Shown here: in pieces, positions 45,777 through 56,673 of the stretch
Layout of the letters: each line of letters opens with the position of its first letter
Numbering within the stretch: position 1 is the stretch's first letter
Source of the DNA: Elusimicrobiaceae bacterium
GTDB lineage: Bacteria; Elusimicrobiota; Elusimicrobia; Elusimicrobiales; Elusimicrobiaceae
Assembly (NCBI GenBank): GCA_045612285.1
Contig: JAZKYS010000019.1
Coordinates: 1,447 to 65,446 of the forward strand
Reading direction: 5' to 3'
Length of the DNA stretch: 64,000 nt
Program-made: the position numbers and the translations under genes
The notes under the pieces: generated by a model
Seen by the model: only the letters and a program-made list of their open reading frames with translations
What the model was told of the DNA's origin: nothing
Database searches by the model: none

Positions 45777-46286
45777 TTACATAATTGCTGTATCAGCTCT
45801 GCGGTTTTGAGCCCAGCAAGCATTGGTGCTTTCTGTACAGACAGGTTTTTCTTCACCATAAGAAACAACCCTAATGTTTGCAGCAGGAATACCAAGTTTA
45901 ATGTAATAATTTTTGACTTCTTGTGCTCTCTTATCGCCTAAGACAATATTGTAAGCGATAGTGCCTCTGTCATCGCAATTACCTTCAATTACGATTTTGG
46001 TTGCGCCTTTTTCTTTAATAGCGCTGGCATTATCTTCCAGAGTCTTGCGGCTTTGGGCATTAAGGCTGTATTCATTAAATCCGAAATAGACCGGCTCAAG
46101 CATTGCAGAAGGAACTGCGAGGGCTTCGCCATCGTCTTCTACATCAAGTTCTTCTTCTACATAGATCTCTGTTGATGCACCAACGGCAGTTGTATCTGCT
46201 GTGGCATCTTTCTTAACGTTTTTGCTACAAGCGGCTACGCCGAAAACTAAAGCAAAAACGAGCATTAACTTCATTGTTTTACTCAT
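45777..46286 (-). CDS. pal: Peptidoglycan-associated lipoprotein (OmpA-family)
   Basis: Lipobox VAAC. OmpA C-terminal domain GNCDDRGTIAYNIVLGDKRA...NRRA. Confidence 0.85.
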   Translation of the reverse strand: MSKTMKLMLVFALVFGVAACSKNVKKDATADTTAVGASTEIYVEEELDVEDDGEALAVPSAMLEPVYFGFNEYSLNAQSRKTLEDNASAIKEKGATKIVIEGNCDDRGTIAYNIVLGDKRAQEVKNYYIKLGIPAANIRVVSYGEEKPVCTESTNACWAQNRRADTAIM

Positions 46287-46365
46287 TGTTGTTCTCCTTT
46301 TTAGGTCCTACTTAATCCTATATAATAATAAATGATACAAGACTTTTGGCCTTTCAGTCAATATC

Positions 46366-47430
46366 TTATCTCGGTAAACGGCCGGACATAACTTCCGCAA
46401 AAACTTTAGTCGGTTCTATTTTACTCAAAATAATATGTAATGCCGAAGTTATGGGAACAGCCAAAAAAGCCCCCGGTATTCCCCAAACCAAAGTCCAAAA
46501 AACAAGGGAACAGATTATCGTGACCGGGTGTAAATCCATACCGCTACCTAGGAATTTAGGTTCCAAAATACTACCTATTATTATTTGTGTGGCGGTTGGT
46601 ATTAACAACACAATAAAAAAATGAGCGCTAAAACCATATTGCATATAGGCAATAGGCAAAGGCAGTAAAACTGCTATAACAGAACCTATATTAGGTATAA
46701 AGTTTAAGATTATTGTTAATACCGCAAAAGTAAAAGCAAGCTTTACCCCTACGCCATAATATACGGCACCCACACAAATACCTGTCATGATAGACATTAT
46801 AATATGGATAAACAAATAAGCGGAAATTTTATTTTGAATTTCTTTTATTAAAGGATTTGTTATTTTTGTGCGGCTGCCGCCAATAAATAAAAAGAATAAA
46901 AAGAGTATTACAAGCATTGTGCCGGAAAGAAGTTTTATCGTCATACCGCTAAGATTTTTCATAATGGTTGCGCCATAGTCAACACTAATGATTTTAGAAA
47001 GGGTATCAAACTCAAAAAAATCTTGTGAAACAGGTATTTTATTTTTAGCAAAAAAATCACCTACTTGCGTAAGTAATTCTGTTATATTTTGCTGATAACT
47101 GGAAATAACTTTTAAAAAATTGCTTATAGATTGAATTATAAAAATTGAAACAAAAATTAAAGGAACAATTACTAAAGCAGCGCCAATTAACATTGATATC
47201 CACCTGGGCAACTTAAATTTTATGCGGATATAGCGGGTGATAGGGGTAACCATAGTAAAAATAAATACAGAAATTACCAAAGGTATTAAAATTGTTTTTG
47301 TGTAGGCTAGAGCAATAGTTAAACTCACCGCGGCAAGAACAATTAAACAAAGAGTATTTATTTTACGATACACTTCAGGAATATTTTTTTGTTCCGTAAT
47401 TTTAGAAATATTATCTTGTTTTTCCGGCAT
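46366..47430 (-). CDS. AI-2E family transporter (PerM/UPF0118)
   Basis: About 8 TM helices and conserved C-terminal ...GIPGAFLAVPIT. Confidence 0.8.
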   Translation of the reverse strand: MPEKQDNISKITEQKNIPEVYRKINTLCLIVLAAVSLTIALAYTKTILIPLVISVFIFTMVTPITRYIRIKFKLPRWISMLIGAALVIVPLIFVSIFIIQSISNFLKVISSYQQNITELLTQVGDFFAKNKIPVSQDFFEFDTLSKIISVDYGATIMKNLSGMTIKLLSGTMLVILFLFFLFIGGSRTKITNPLIKEIQNKISAYLFIHIIMSIMTGICVGAVYYGVGVKLAFTFAVLTIILNFIPNIGSVIAVLLPLPIAYMQYGFSAHFFIVLLIPTATQIIIGSILEPKFLGSGMDLHPVTIICSLVFWTLVWGIPGAFLAVPITSALHIILSKIEPTKVFAEVMSGRLPR

Positions 47431-47440
47431 TTTTCCCTAC

Positions 47441-48241
47441 TTAAATATTATTTTTATCTTGTGATTTAGGAAACTTTAACGAAATTATTGTTCCTATACC
47501 ATATTGGGAACGCATAGCAATATGCCCTTTATGTAAAGCAATAATTCTTTTTACCAAAGCAAGGCCTAGCCCCCAACCTTCTATTTGACCTGTAAAAAAG
47601 TCATCAACTTGATAGAAAGTTTCAAAAATTCTATGTAAATCTTCTTCCTTTATGCCAACGCCGTTATCAGCAATAGCAACAACATCCTGGCCGTCTTCTT
47701 CATAATAAAAAAGTTTCAAACGCTTGTTCATATTATTGTTAAACTTAATACTGTTATCAAGCAATTCTTCTAAGGCCATAATAAATAAATTTTTATCAAC
47801 CGTAATTATTGTATCTTCCGGACATCTGATTTCTATATTCGGGCCTTTACGGCGCATAGTTTCCTCGGAAGAATTTATACTTACGGCATCATCTCTAAAA
47901 GCGCATTTTGTAGCCACTTCCGTTAAAATGGGGTATAGATTTATAGGTTCGGGTTTTAAATCGGTTTCTTTTAACTCCGTAATTGAAGAAAAGTGAACAA
48001 GCCTATCCACCAAAAGAGCCATTTTTTGACCTTGCTTACTAATATTGCGCAAGGCTTGTATGTTAAACGAAGACATTTCCCCCGGTTGCATTGTTGATAA
48101 AATAGTTTCGCTGTATCCGTTTATAATAGACAAAGGTGTTTTTAATTTATGGGAAACTAAGGCAAGTAATTTTGAAGCCGGATCTTTTGCTATTTGTGGT
48201 TTTGTTTCTTCTGGCATAAGTTTTTCTTCTGACATAGACAC
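47441..48241 (-). CDS. Cytoplasmic sensor histidine kinase (HisKA + HATPase_c)
   Basis: H-box SHKLKTPLSII, N-box LLDNSIKF, G-boxes DNGVGI and GWGLGLALV. No TM segment and no adjacent response regulator. Confidence 0.85.
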   Translation of the reverse strand: MSMSEEKLMPEETKPQIAKDPASKLLALVSHKLKTPLSIINGYSETILSTMQPGEMSSFNIQALRNISKQGQKMALLVDRLVHFSSITELKETDLKPEPINLYPILTEVATKCAFRDDAVSINSSEETMRRKGPNIEIRCPEDTIITVDKNLFIMALEELLDNSIKFNNNMNKRLKLFYYEEDGQDVVAIADNGVGIKEEDLHRIFETFYQVDDFFTGQIEGWGLGLALVKRIIALHKGHIAMRSQYGIGTIISLKFPKSQDKNNI

Positions 48242-48247
48242 CCCTTA

Positions 48248-49102
48248 TTAAAATTTTAAAGATATTGCACCTTTAAAAATATCTTTATCCTTTTGCGACT
48301 GAACAAAAATATGATTATAGGCCAAATTAATATATAAATTATAAGTCAACTTAATAACACTTGAAAACATTAAGGAATGGTGCGCACAAGTATCGTGTTC
48401 TTTAAACTCTATATATCTATAAGAAATAGTATTTGAAGTTTGGCTTGCTTCTGAATTCCATTTTATTTTAGCAGCTAAAGAATATTTCGGCAAACTTAAA
48501 ACATAATTCAAAGTATCTAAAGAAGCAACATTTTGTTGATCTAAAACACCGGCAATATTTTCCACATCGCTTATACCGGAAATATAATCAAAGGTATTAC
48601 CTGAAAACTCAAAAAAGTAAACATTAAAATAATCAAAAACCAGGCCGCCTTCATAAACTATTTGTTTAAAATCTTCTTTTTGGGTGGTAAGATCGCTTTT
48701 ACTAACATAAGCATTTTGATTTGCAAAACCTGCTGATAAAAACATACTTGAAGAAGAATTGTCAACTTCATCTTGTTTTATGTTTAAAGTTAGTGTTGCT
48801 TTTACCCCGTAGGCACTAGCATCATTGGCATTATCCGGAATAATAAAAGGTCTTAAATAAAAACCAAATCTTTCCGCACGGAACATTAACGGCACACTAA
48901 GCGTATAAATATGATTAGCAATATCATCGTGTTCGGTTATATCAAAATTTAAACCGGCATTAAACATATAGTTAAACTCGTGAGATATCCCGACGCTATT
49001 TTGCCAAAAATCTTTACTATAAGTAAAGCTGTCGGAAATCTCAAAAGCTCCGGCAGAAAAACTAAATAAGGATAAAATAAGAGTCAAAAATATTTTTCTC
49101 AT
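48248..49102 (-). CDS. Hypothetical outer-membrane beta-barrel protein
   Basis: Signal peptide ...SAGAFE, beta-strand periodicity and C-terminal ISLKF. Confidence 0.5.
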   Translation of the reverse strand: MRKIFLTLILSLFSFSAGAFEISDSFTYSKDFWQNSVGISHEFNYMFNAGLNFDITEHDDIANHIYTLSVPLMFRAERFGFYLRPFIIPDNANDASAYGVKATLTLNIKQDEVDNSSSSMFLSAGFANQNAYVSKSDLTTQKEDFKQIVYEGGLVFDYFNVYFFEFSGNTFDYISGISDVENIAGVLDQQNVASLDTLNYVLSLPKYSLAAKIKWNSEASQTSNTISYRYIEFKEHDTCAHHSLMFSSVIKLTYNLYINLAYNHIFVQSQKDKDIFKGAISLKF

Positions 49103-49119
49103 AAATTTATTCTACTAAA

Positions 49120-50556
49120 TTAACTCATTAAACGAACAAGTATTTTGTTAATTATAGCAGGATTGGCTTTGCCTTTTGAAAGTTTCATAACCATACCTAC
49201 CATAGCCCCTATTGCTTTTGTATTGCCGGCTTTATAATCGGCAACGGCTTTGGGGTTAGCTTCAACAGCCTGCTTGGCCCAAGCTTCTATTTGGGCTTCA
49301 TCATTAATTTGAGTTTGGCCTAAACCCTTAACTAAATCGGCAATTTTTTTGTTTTCATTAAATGCTTTGGGGAAAATTTCCCTTGCCATCTTAATAGAAA
49401 TTTTGCCTTCTTGTATAAATTTAATTAAAGCGGCAAGTTCACTTGGGGGCAGGGGGCTATCTTCAATTTCTTTACCGCAAGCATTTAAAGCACCAAGCAA
49501 ATCAGTGCCAATCCAATTTGAAGCCTGCTTGGCAGGAACTCCGTAAGATAAAACTTTTTCAAAGTAATCTGTAATTTGGCGGCTTTTTGTTAAAACCCCG
49601 GCATCATAAGCGGCAAGGCCAAGTTCCTTCTCAAAATATTCTCTTTTTTGGGCGGGAAGCATTGGCATAGAAGCGCGGACTTGGGCAATTTCTTCTTCAG
49701 TAATAATTAAAGGTTTTAAATCCGGCTCCGGGAAATAACGATACTCTTGCGCGGTTTCTTTACTGCGCATAACTTTGGTTTGGCCTGCGACTTCATCCCA
49801 AAGCATAGTTTGCTGGTGTAAAGTTTCCCCCGCTTTAACTGCGGCAATTTGGCGGTTAATTTCATAAGTCAAAGCATCTTTTACCGCTTTAAAAGAATTA
49901 AGATTTTTTATTTCCATCCTAGTGCCAAATTTTGTTTGTCCCATAGGACGGACGGAAACATTAACATCAACTCTTAATTCGCCTTTTTCCATATCGCAAT
50001 TTGAAACATCTAACCAAGATAAAAGGGCGCGTAAATTTGTTAAATAGTCATAAGCCTCTTGCGGGCTTCTTAAATCAGGTTCGCCGACAATTTCAAGCAA
50101 AGGAACACCGCTTCTGTTTAAATCCACTAAGGAATCAGTTGCTTCGTGCATACTTTTGCCGGCATCTTCTTCTAAATGAGCGCGAGTAATACCGATTTTT
50201 TTTGTATTACCTTGCGCATCTTTAATTTCTATATATCCTTTACCAATAATAGGTTTATCATCTTGGGAAATTTGATAGCCTTTTGGCAAATCTGGGTAAA
50301 AATAATTTTTGCGCGCAAAAACAGATTCTTTATTTATTTGCGCATTAAAACCAAAACCTGCTTTTAAAGCAAGTTCAACGGCTTTTTTATTTAAAACGGG
50401 TAAAGCCCCCGGTTGACCGCTACAAACAGGGCAAAGTGCCGTGTTAGGGGCAAGATTCTTTTTTGCTCCGCTAGGGCAAGAGCAAAACATTTTACTTTCG
50501 GTATTTAATTGGACATGTATTTCAAGTCCGATAATAGATTCAAAATTTTGTTCCAT
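49120..50556 (-). CDS. gatB: Asp/Glu-tRNA amidotransferase subunit B
   Basis: IGLEIHVQL and KMFCSC...CPVC motifs. Full-length GatB with GatB/YqeY tail. Confidence 0.95.
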   Translation of the reverse strand: MEQNFESIIGLEIHVQLNTESKMFCSCPSGAKKNLAPNTALCPVCSGQPGALPVLNKKAVELALKAGFGFNAQINKESVFARKNYFYPDLPKGYQISQDDKPIIGKGYIEIKDAQGNTKKIGITRAHLEEDAGKSMHEATDSLVDLNRSGVPLLEIVGEPDLRSPQEAYDYLTNLRALLSWLDVSNCDMEKGELRVDVNVSVRPMGQTKFGTRMEIKNLNSFKAVKDALTYEINRQIAAVKAGETLHQQTMLWDEVAGQTKVMRSKETAQEYRYFPEPDLKPLIITEEEIAQVRASMPMLPAQKREYFEKELGLAAYDAGVLTKSRQITDYFEKVLSYGVPAKQASNWIGTDLLGALNACGKEIEDSPLPPSELAALIKFIQEGKISIKMAREIFPKAFNENKKIADLVKGLGQTQINDEAQIEAWAKQAVEANPKAVADYKAGNTKAIGAMVGMVMKLSKGKANPAIINKILVRLMS

Positions 50557-50626
50557 ATATTTAATATAATATCATAATGATAGATTTTAAGAAAGGGCCT
50601 TTTTCAAAGTTATAAAGGTTTTCTTT

Positions 50627-50641
50627 AAATTTATATATAAT
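50627..50641 (+). promoter_or_regulatory. Candidate clpC promoter (AAATTTATATATAAT)
   Basis: TATAAT at 50636-50641 preceded by AAATTT, about 40 nt upstream of ATG 50681. Confidence 0.45.
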
Positions 50642-50680
50642 ATAAGTAAACATATTTTATAACACACAAGGATTTTTATT

Positions 50681-53164
50681 ATGTTAAGATTTAGCCCCGG
50701 CGCACAAAAAGCAGTTTTAATTGCTCAACAAGAAGCAAAAAAATTAAATCATGATTATGTAGGAACTGAACACCTTCTACTTGGACTTGCCAAAGCAGAA
50801 GGCGAAATTTCTTATGCTATCTTATATAATCTTGGTCTTGAAGCACCAAAAATTATTAATGCTATTGAACAACTTGTAGGAAGAGGTGATAATGTTTCTA
50901 TCCCTAGCGAAATTCCTTTTACCGCAAGATCAAAAAGAGTTTTAGAGCGCTCTTTTGAAGAAGCACAAATTTTAAACAGTGTGTTTATTAATACGGAACA
51001 TTTACTGCTGGGCCTTGCCGCAGAACAAGAAGGCGTAGGCGCAAAAATCTTACAAAATTTTAATATAACAGAAGACCTTATCCGCGCTTTAGTTTTAAAA
51101 ACAATTTCCGAACAGGAAAGAGAATTTAAAGAAGAAAAACAAAATAAAACTTTAGCAAATTTGGAAAAGAAACAAGAAACTTCTTCCACCCCGACACTTG
51201 ATGAACACTCCCGCGATTTAACCCAACTTGCCCGCGAAGGCAAACTTGACCCTGTTATCGGCAGAGAAGAAGAAATTGAACGCTTAACCCAAATCCTTGC
51301 AAGAAGAACAAAAAATAATCCGATTTTAATTGGCGACCCCGGTGTCGGTAAAACTGCTATTGTTGAAGGCCTTGCCCAGCGTATGGCAAGCGGCGAAATT
51401 GCCGAAGTTTTACATAATAAACGCCTTGTTAATATTGATCTTGGTTCGCTTGTTGCCGGCACAAAATACCGCGGTGAATTTGAACAAAGACTTAAAAATA
51501 TTATCAGCGAAGTGGAAGAAGCAAAAAATGTTATTTTGTTTATTGACGAATTCCATACTATCGTCGGCGCAGGCGCGGCTGAAGGTTCTATGGACGCTTC
51601 AAATATGTTAAAACCTGCTTTAGCCAGAGGTTCTTTTCAATGTATCGGCGCTACCACTTTTGATGAATATAGAAAATATGTTGAAGCAGACCCAGCTTTA
51701 GAAAGAAGATTCCAACCGATTACAACGGAACCGGCTTCTTTAACTGAAACTTTAGAAATTTTAAAAGGTTTAAAAAATAAATATGAACAACACCACGAAG
51801 TTGTTTTTACCGACGAAGCCTTAAAAGCAGCCGCAAATATTGCTGATAGATATATTACCGAGCGCGCTTTGCCAGATAAGGCTATTGACCTTTTAGATGA
51901 AGCCGGCTCAAGAGTCCGTTTGAAAAACTCCACCTTGCCGCCAAGTTTAAGAGAAAAACAAAGAAATTTAACTGCTTTAAATGAAGAAAAAGAAGAAGCT
52001 CTTAATAAACAAAAATACGAACAGGCAGAAAAAATAAAACAAAAAGCGGCTAAACTTTCAGAAGAAATTGAAAAAGCAAAAGAAACTTTCTTTAAAAATA
52101 AAAAGAAGAAACATCCGCAAGTTTCCGCAGAAGATATTGCTATTGTTGCTTCTAAATGGACGGGCATTCCCGTGACCCGCTTAACGCAAAGCCAGACTGA
52201 TAAAATTTTAAATATGGAAGCATTTTTACACGAAAGAATTATCGGCCAAGATGAAGGCGTGCACGCAATTTCCCAAGCAATTAAGAGAAGCAGGACAGGT
52301 CTTTCTAATCCAAACAGACCTTTGGGTGGTTTCTTATTCTTAGGGCCGACCGGTGTTGGTAAAACAGAACTTGCCAAAACTTTGGCCTCTTTCTTATTTG
52401 GCGATGAAGACGCTATGATAAGAATTGATATGTCAGAGTATATGGAAAAATTTGCAGTTTCACGCTTAATCGGTGCGCCCCCAGGTTATGTTGGTTATGA
52501 GGAAGGTGGGCAACTGACCGAAGCTGTTAGAAGACGCCCTTACAGTGTGGTTGTTTTAGACGAATTTGAAAAAGCACACCCTGATATTTATAATATTCTT
52601 TTACAAGTGCTTGATGAAGGCAGTTTGACCGATAATTTAGGCCATAAAGTTAATTTTAAAAATACTATAATTATTATGACTTCAAATGTCGGTGCGCGTG
52701 AAATTGTTAATAAAGGCAACCGCCTTGGCTTTACCGCGCAAAATACTGTTGAACAGCAATATTCCGATATGAAAGGCGATGTTCTTGAACAGGTAAAAAG
52801 AACCTTCAACCCCGAGTTTATAAACAGAATTGACGAAATTATTGTTTTCCATCAATTAACCGAAGAAAATATGCACAAAATTCTTGATATAAACTTAAAG
52901 GATATTGAAAAGAAACTTGCCGCCCATAATTTAAAAATTAAATTCACGGCAAGCGTAAAAGATTTCTTAGTCAAAACCGGCTTTGACCCAAAATATGGCG
53001 CAAGACCTTTGCTTCGCACTATTAGACGCGAACTTGAAGATCCTTTAGCCGAATATATTTTGGAAAATCAACTTGGCGATAAGAGCGAAGTCGTTGCCGA
53101 TTATGATAAAGCAAAAGATAAAATAGTTTTTAGTATTTCAAAATCTAAAAGTGCTAAAAAATAG
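50681..53164 (+). CDS. clpC: ATP-dependent Clp protease ATP-binding subunit ClpC
   Basis: Two Clp_N repeats, two AAA+ modules (GDPGVGKT and GPTGVGKT) and a short UVR-like middle domain. Confidence 0.9.
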   Translation: MLRFSPGAQKAVLIAQQEAKKLNHDYVGTEHLLLGLAKAEGEISYAILYNLGLEAPKIINAIEQLVGRGDNVSIPSEIPFTARSKRVLERSFEEAQILNSVFINTEHLLLGLAAEQEGVGAKILQNFNITEDLIRALVLKTISEQEREFKEEKQNKTLANLEKKQETSSTPTLDEHSRDLTQLAREGKLDPVIGREEEIERLTQILARRTKNNPILIGDPGVGKTAIVEGLAQRMASGEIAEVLHNKRLVNIDLGSLVAGTKYRGEFEQRLKNIISEVEEAKNVILFIDEFHTIVGAGAAEGSMDASNMLKPALARGSFQCIGATTFDEYRKYVEADPALERRFQPITTEPASLTETLEILKGLKNKYEQHHEVVFTDEALKAAANIADRYITERALPDKAIDLLDEAGSRVRLKNSTLPPSLREKQRNLTALNEEKEEALNKQKYEQAEKIKQKAAKLSEEIEKAKETFFKNKKKKHPQVSAEDIAIVASKWTGIPVTRLTQSQTDKILNMEAFLHERIIGQDEGVHAISQAIKRSRTGLSNPNRPLGGFLFLGPTGVGKTELAKTLASFLFGDEDAMIRIDMSEYMEKFAVSRLIGAPPGYVGYEEGGQLTEAVRRRPYSVVVLDEFEKAHPDIYNILLQVLDEGSLTDNLGHKVNFKNTIIIMTSNVGAREIVNKGNRLGFTAQNTVEQQYSDMKGDVLEQVKRTFNPEFINRIDEIIVFHQLTEENMHKILDINLKDIEKKLAAHNLKIKFTASVKDFLVKTGFDPKYGARPLLRTIRRELEDPLAEYILENQLGDKSEVVADYDKAKDKIVFSISKSKSAKK

Positions 53165-53177
53165 GAGGAAGTAAAAA

Positions 53178-54221
53178 ATGGCAGAAACAAATTTAGATAA
53201 GAAAAAAGCCCTTGAACTTGCTATCGGGCAGATTGAAAAATCTTTCGGTAAAGGCGCAATTTGCCGTCTGGGCCAAGCAGCAACACAAAAAATTGAGTGT
53301 ATCCCAACAGGGGCACTTTCCCTTGATTTAGCACTTGGTATCGGCGGTATTCCGCGCGGCAGAGTTATTGAAATTTACGGCCCTGAAGCAGGCGGTAAAA
53401 CAACTTTAAGTTTACATATCGCCGCGCAAGCACAAAAAGCAGGCGGAACAGTTGCCTTTATTGATGCAGAACACGCTTTAGACCCTTCATACGCAAAATT
53501 AATTGGCGTAAATATTGATGAATTATTTATTTCCCAACCTGATAGTGGCGAACAAGCCTTGGAAATTGCAGAAAAATTAGTCCGCTCCGGTGCTACTGAT
53601 TTAATTATCGTTGACTCCGTTGCAGCACTTGTTCCGCAGGCAGAAATTGAAGGCGAAATGGGTGATTCCCACGTTGGTTTACAAGCACGCTTGATGAGCC
53701 AGGCCTTAAGAAAATTAACCAGCCTTCTTGCCAAAACAAAAACAAGTATTATCTTTATTAACCAACTCCGCCAAAAAATCGGCGTTATGTTTGGCAACCC
53801 GGAAACCACACCCGGCGGTCTTGCTTTGAAATTTTATTCTTCCGTTCGTTTGGAAGTTAGAAAAATTGAAAACCTTAAAAACGGCGAACACGTTATCGGC
53901 ACAAGAGTCAGAGTTAAAGTTGTTAAAAACAAAGTTGCACCCCCTTACAGACAAGCCGAATTTACAATGCTCCACGGTGAAGGTATTTCTAAAGAAGCTT
54001 GCTTACTTTCCATGGGCGCAGATAATGGCGTTATTGAAAAGAGCGGCAGTTGGTTTATTTATAATGGCGAAAAGCTCGGCCAAGGTGCTGAAAATGCCCG
54101 CCAATACTTAAAAGATAACCCGGAAGTGGCAAACGAAATTGAGAACAAATTAAAAGAAATGTTCTTAAACACAGGTTCACTTCCCGCTAAGGCTGAAAAG
54201 AAATCTAAAAAAGCAGCCTAA
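53178..54221 (+). CDS. recA: Recombinase A
   Basis: GPEAGGKTT Walker A, IFINQLR, and full-length RecA. Confidence 0.97.
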   Translation: MAETNLDKKKALELAIGQIEKSFGKGAICRLGQAATQKIECIPTGALSLDLALGIGGIPRGRVIEIYGPEAGGKTTLSLHIAAQAQKAGGTVAFIDAEHALDPSYAKLIGVNIDELFISQPDSGEQALEIAEKLVRSGATDLIIVDSVAALVPQAEIEGEMGDSHVGLQARLMSQALRKLTSLLAKTKTSIIFINQLRQKIGVMFGNPETTPGGLALKFYSSVRLEVRKIENLKNGEHVIGTRVRVKVVKNKVAPPYRQAEFTMLHGEGISKEACLLSMGADNGVIEKSGSWFIYNGEKLGQGAENARQYLKDNPEVANEIENKLKEMFLNTGSLPAKAEKKSKKAA

Positions 54222-54240
54222 GAATATTCTTACAAAATAT

Positions 54241-54277
54241 AGGGCTTATGGCTGCGCGCTGTAAGCCCTGTTTTTTT
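54241..54277 (+). terminator. Intrinsic terminator after recA
   Basis: AGGGCTTA-13 nt loop-TAAGCCCT followed by GTTTTTTT. Confidence 0.75.
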
Positions 54278-54293
54278 AAAAAGAAAAGTAAAA

Positions 54294-55172
54294 ATGGAAA
54301 TTGAAGATTTTTTAAATCATCTTTCTTTTGAAAGGCAATTATCAAAAAACACTATCCTTGCTTACGGTAGGGATATTAAGCAATTTTTTGATTATTGCGC
54401 GCAAAATAAAACAGAGCCGGTGGAGGCAACGCCGGAGTTCTTGGATAATTATATTTACCATTTAAAAGCAGAGTTAATGCTTGCCCCTGCCAGCACTCAA
54501 AGGAAACTTGAAGCCCTAAAAGCTTATTATAAATTTTTGATGATTGAAGGGATTTTGAAAAATGACCCTTCGCGTTTTTTAATTTCGGCAAGAACTATCC
54601 GCCATTTGCCAAAACAGTTAACAAAAGAACAAATGGAGCGTTTGCTAAGTTTCCCCGCTAAAACTTTTAGCGAAAAAAGAACCCTTGCCATTTTACATTT
54701 ACTTTATGCAAGCGGTATAAGAGTGAGCGAACTTATTAATTTGCGTATAGAAAATGTTAACCTTGAAGAAAGGTGGCTACTGGCCTTTGGTAAAGGCAGG
54801 AAGCAAAGATTTGTGCCTATTAATAAGGAAGCATGCCGTGTGCTAAAAGATTATCTTGAGTTAAGGCGCGCGCACTTTGCTAAAAAAAATACTTCTGATG
54901 AATTCTTTTTAAACCGCGACGGCAAAAAAATGAGCCGCGTTATTGTTTGGAAAGATCTAGCCCAAATCGGGCGTTTAAGCGGTATTACAACAAAATTACA
55001 CCCCCACCTTTTGCGCCACACTTTTGCAACACATCTCTTAAGTGGCGGGGCAGATTTGCGCTCTTTACAGGAAATGTTGGGCCATGAAAGCCTAAATACC
55101 ACCCAAATTTATACCCATGTTGATACCTCTGATCTGAAGAGAAAGCATAAATCAGCACACCCAAGGGGCTAG
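54294..55172 (+). CDS. Tyrosine recombinase XerC/XerD family
   Basis: R..ELINL, HLLRHTFATHLL and LGHESLNTTQIYTHV catalytic blocks. 292 aa. Confidence 0.85.
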   Translation: MEIEDFLNHLSFERQLSKNTILAYGRDIKQFFDYCAQNKTEPVEATPEFLDNYIYHLKAELMLAPASTQRKLEALKAYYKFLMIEGILKNDPSRFLISARTIRHLPKQLTKEQMERLLSFPAKTFSEKRTLAILHLLYASGIRVSELINLRIENVNLEERWLLAFGKGRKQRFVPINKEACRVLKDYLELRRAHFAKKNTSDEFFLNRDGKKMSRVIVWKDLAQIGRLSGITTKLHPHLLRHTFATHLLSGGADLRSLQEMLGHESLNTTQIYTHVDTSDLKRKHKSAHPRG

Positions 55173-55279
55173 TGTGCTATAACAAAAAACATTTTTAAAA
55201 GCAATACTCTTTAAAGTTTTTTCTTCCCCCCAAACTTTATAACTGATAAAATATAAGTGTAGAAGTAATGGAGGAAAAA

Positions 55280-56581
55280 ATGAAAAAACTAACAAAAATA
55301 GCAACTTTAGTGTTATCCGTTTGCTTTGCCGGACAGATTGCTTTTGCAGCTGGATTTGGTTTATATGAGTTCAGCGCAAGAGGCAATGCTATGGGCGGTG
55401 CCGTTTTAGCAGGGGAAGCAGAACCTGCATCCTTGGCACTTAACCCGGCCTTAATTACCCAATTACCCGGCAAACAGGTTCAATTATCCACAACTTTGGT
55501 AACAGCAAAAATTGAAGATGTAGAATATGGCTCTGCCAAAACTGATACTGATAGAGAATGGTGGCCTTTGCCAGCTTTATATTATACCCAACAACTTAAT
55601 GATAAATGGTGGCTTGGCTTGGGTGCTTTTACCCGTTTTGGTTTAAGCAATACTTATTCTGATAAAGGTTGGGTACTTAATGCACCAAGTGCTGCAAGTT
55701 TAAACCATGTCGGCGTAGTAACCTATACCGTTCAACCGACAGTTGCTTATCAAGCAACAGATAGATTTGCTGTTTCCGCCGGTCTTGAAGTTCAATATTT
55801 AAACTTTACCGAAAAAGTTCGTTTCGGAACACCCAGCACAACTTATGCTGACTTAAATTTAGATGGCGATAGCGTTGCTTTTTCCGGAATACTTGCTTTC
55901 TTTTATAATGCTAATGAAAAGGTTAACTTTGGCGGTAGTTTCCGTATGAGAAATGACCATAGTGTAAGAGGTCCGCAAAAATATGACTATGTAAATCCCG
56001 CCGTTTCACCTATGTTTGTACAAGGCGGAGATTTCTGGGGAGATATTACCTTTCCCGCACAACTTGCTTTAGGTGCTTCTTATAAACCAACAGATAAATG
56101 GTTATTTGAATTTAACTGGACAAATATCTTTTGGAGCTGCTTTAGATCTATTGATATTTATTTTGATAATGTCCCCGGTAAAGCAGGCGGTGGCAAAGAT
56201 ATGCTTGGTACAAAAGAAGGTAACATGAAAGAATATCAAGATGCTTACAGAATCGGCCTTGGTGCTGAATATACTTTAAGTGCTAAAACTAAACTCCGCG
56301 GCAGCTTCATTTTTGATAAATCACCTATAAATGACCAATTTATGGATGTTATGCTCCCTGCTGATGATAGATATATCGTCGGTCTTGGTGCAGGTTTTGA
56401 TTTAGGCAAAAATGTTCTTTTAGACCTCAGCTATAATATCTTGTTTGTTCAAGGTTTAAAAGGTGTTTATACATCTGCTGATTACAGTGATCCAGACAAT
56501 CCTATTATAAAACACGGTCCTGTTCACTATAAGAGTTCTATCAGCCACTTATTTGGCCTTTCAGTTAGATACACTTTCTAG
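55280..56581 (+). CDS. FadL/OMPP1/TodX-family outer membrane transport protein
   Basis: Start placed at ATG 55280 behind GGAGGA. Signal peptide, GFGLYEFSARGNAMGGA N-terminal hatch motif, and C-terminal RYTF. Confidence 0.8.
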   Translation: MKKLTKIATLVLSVCFAGQIAFAAGFGLYEFSARGNAMGGAVLAGEAEPASLALNPALITQLPGKQVQLSTTLVTAKIEDVEYGSAKTDTDREWWPLPALYYTQQLNDKWWLGLGAFTRFGLSNTYSDKGWVLNAPSAASLNHVGVVTYTVQPTVAYQATDRFAVSAGLEVQYLNFTEKVRFGTPSTTYADLNLDGDSVAFSGILAFFYNANEKVNFGGSFRMRNDHSVRGPQKYDYVNPAVSPMFVQGGDFWGDITFPAQLALGASYKPTDKWLFEFNWTNIFWSCFRSIDIYFDNVPGKAGGGKDMLGTKEGNMKEYQDAYRIGLGAEYTLSAKTKLRGSFIFDKSPINDQFMDVMLPADDRYIVGLGAGFDLGKNVLLDLSYNILFVQGLKGVYTSADYSDPDNPIIKHGPVHYKSSISHLFGLSVRYTF

Positions 56582-56610
56582 TTTTCTAACAAGAATAAAA
56601 AACTTACAAA

Positions 56611-56638
56611 CTCCGCAAAATACTTTGCGGAGTTTTTT
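56611..56638 (+). terminator. Intrinsic terminator after fadL-like gene
   Basis: CTCCGCAAA-atac-TTTGCGGAG followed by TTTTTT. Confidence 0.8.
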
Positions 56639-56673
56639 ATTTTACCTCAAAAACACTCAAAATGACAAAGCGC

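Noticed and set aside
50655-50680. ACAAGGATTTTT in the clpC 5' UTR resembles the repeat-element 5' box, raising the idea that the boxes are decoy ribosome-binding sites followed by mini-ORFs
   Set aside because: Downstream start codons and reading frames are not conserved among boxes, and many boxes have AAGTA or AAGAT instead of an SD-like core.
50812-52377. Long antisense ORFs inside clpC (50812-51462, 51637-52377). Similar shadow ORFs lie inside smc, rel, the 1406-aa gene, recA, tolB, murI and others
   Set aside because: They lie opposite strongly supported genes, have low-complexity, compositionally biased translations and lack SD sequences. They are typical shadow ORFs of an AT-rich genome.
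54294-55172. Tyrosine recombinase next to recA, considered as an integrase marking a genomic island
   Set aside because: Its size and catalytic blocks fit housekeeping XerC/XerD. There is no flanking att-like repeat, tRNA or cargo genes.
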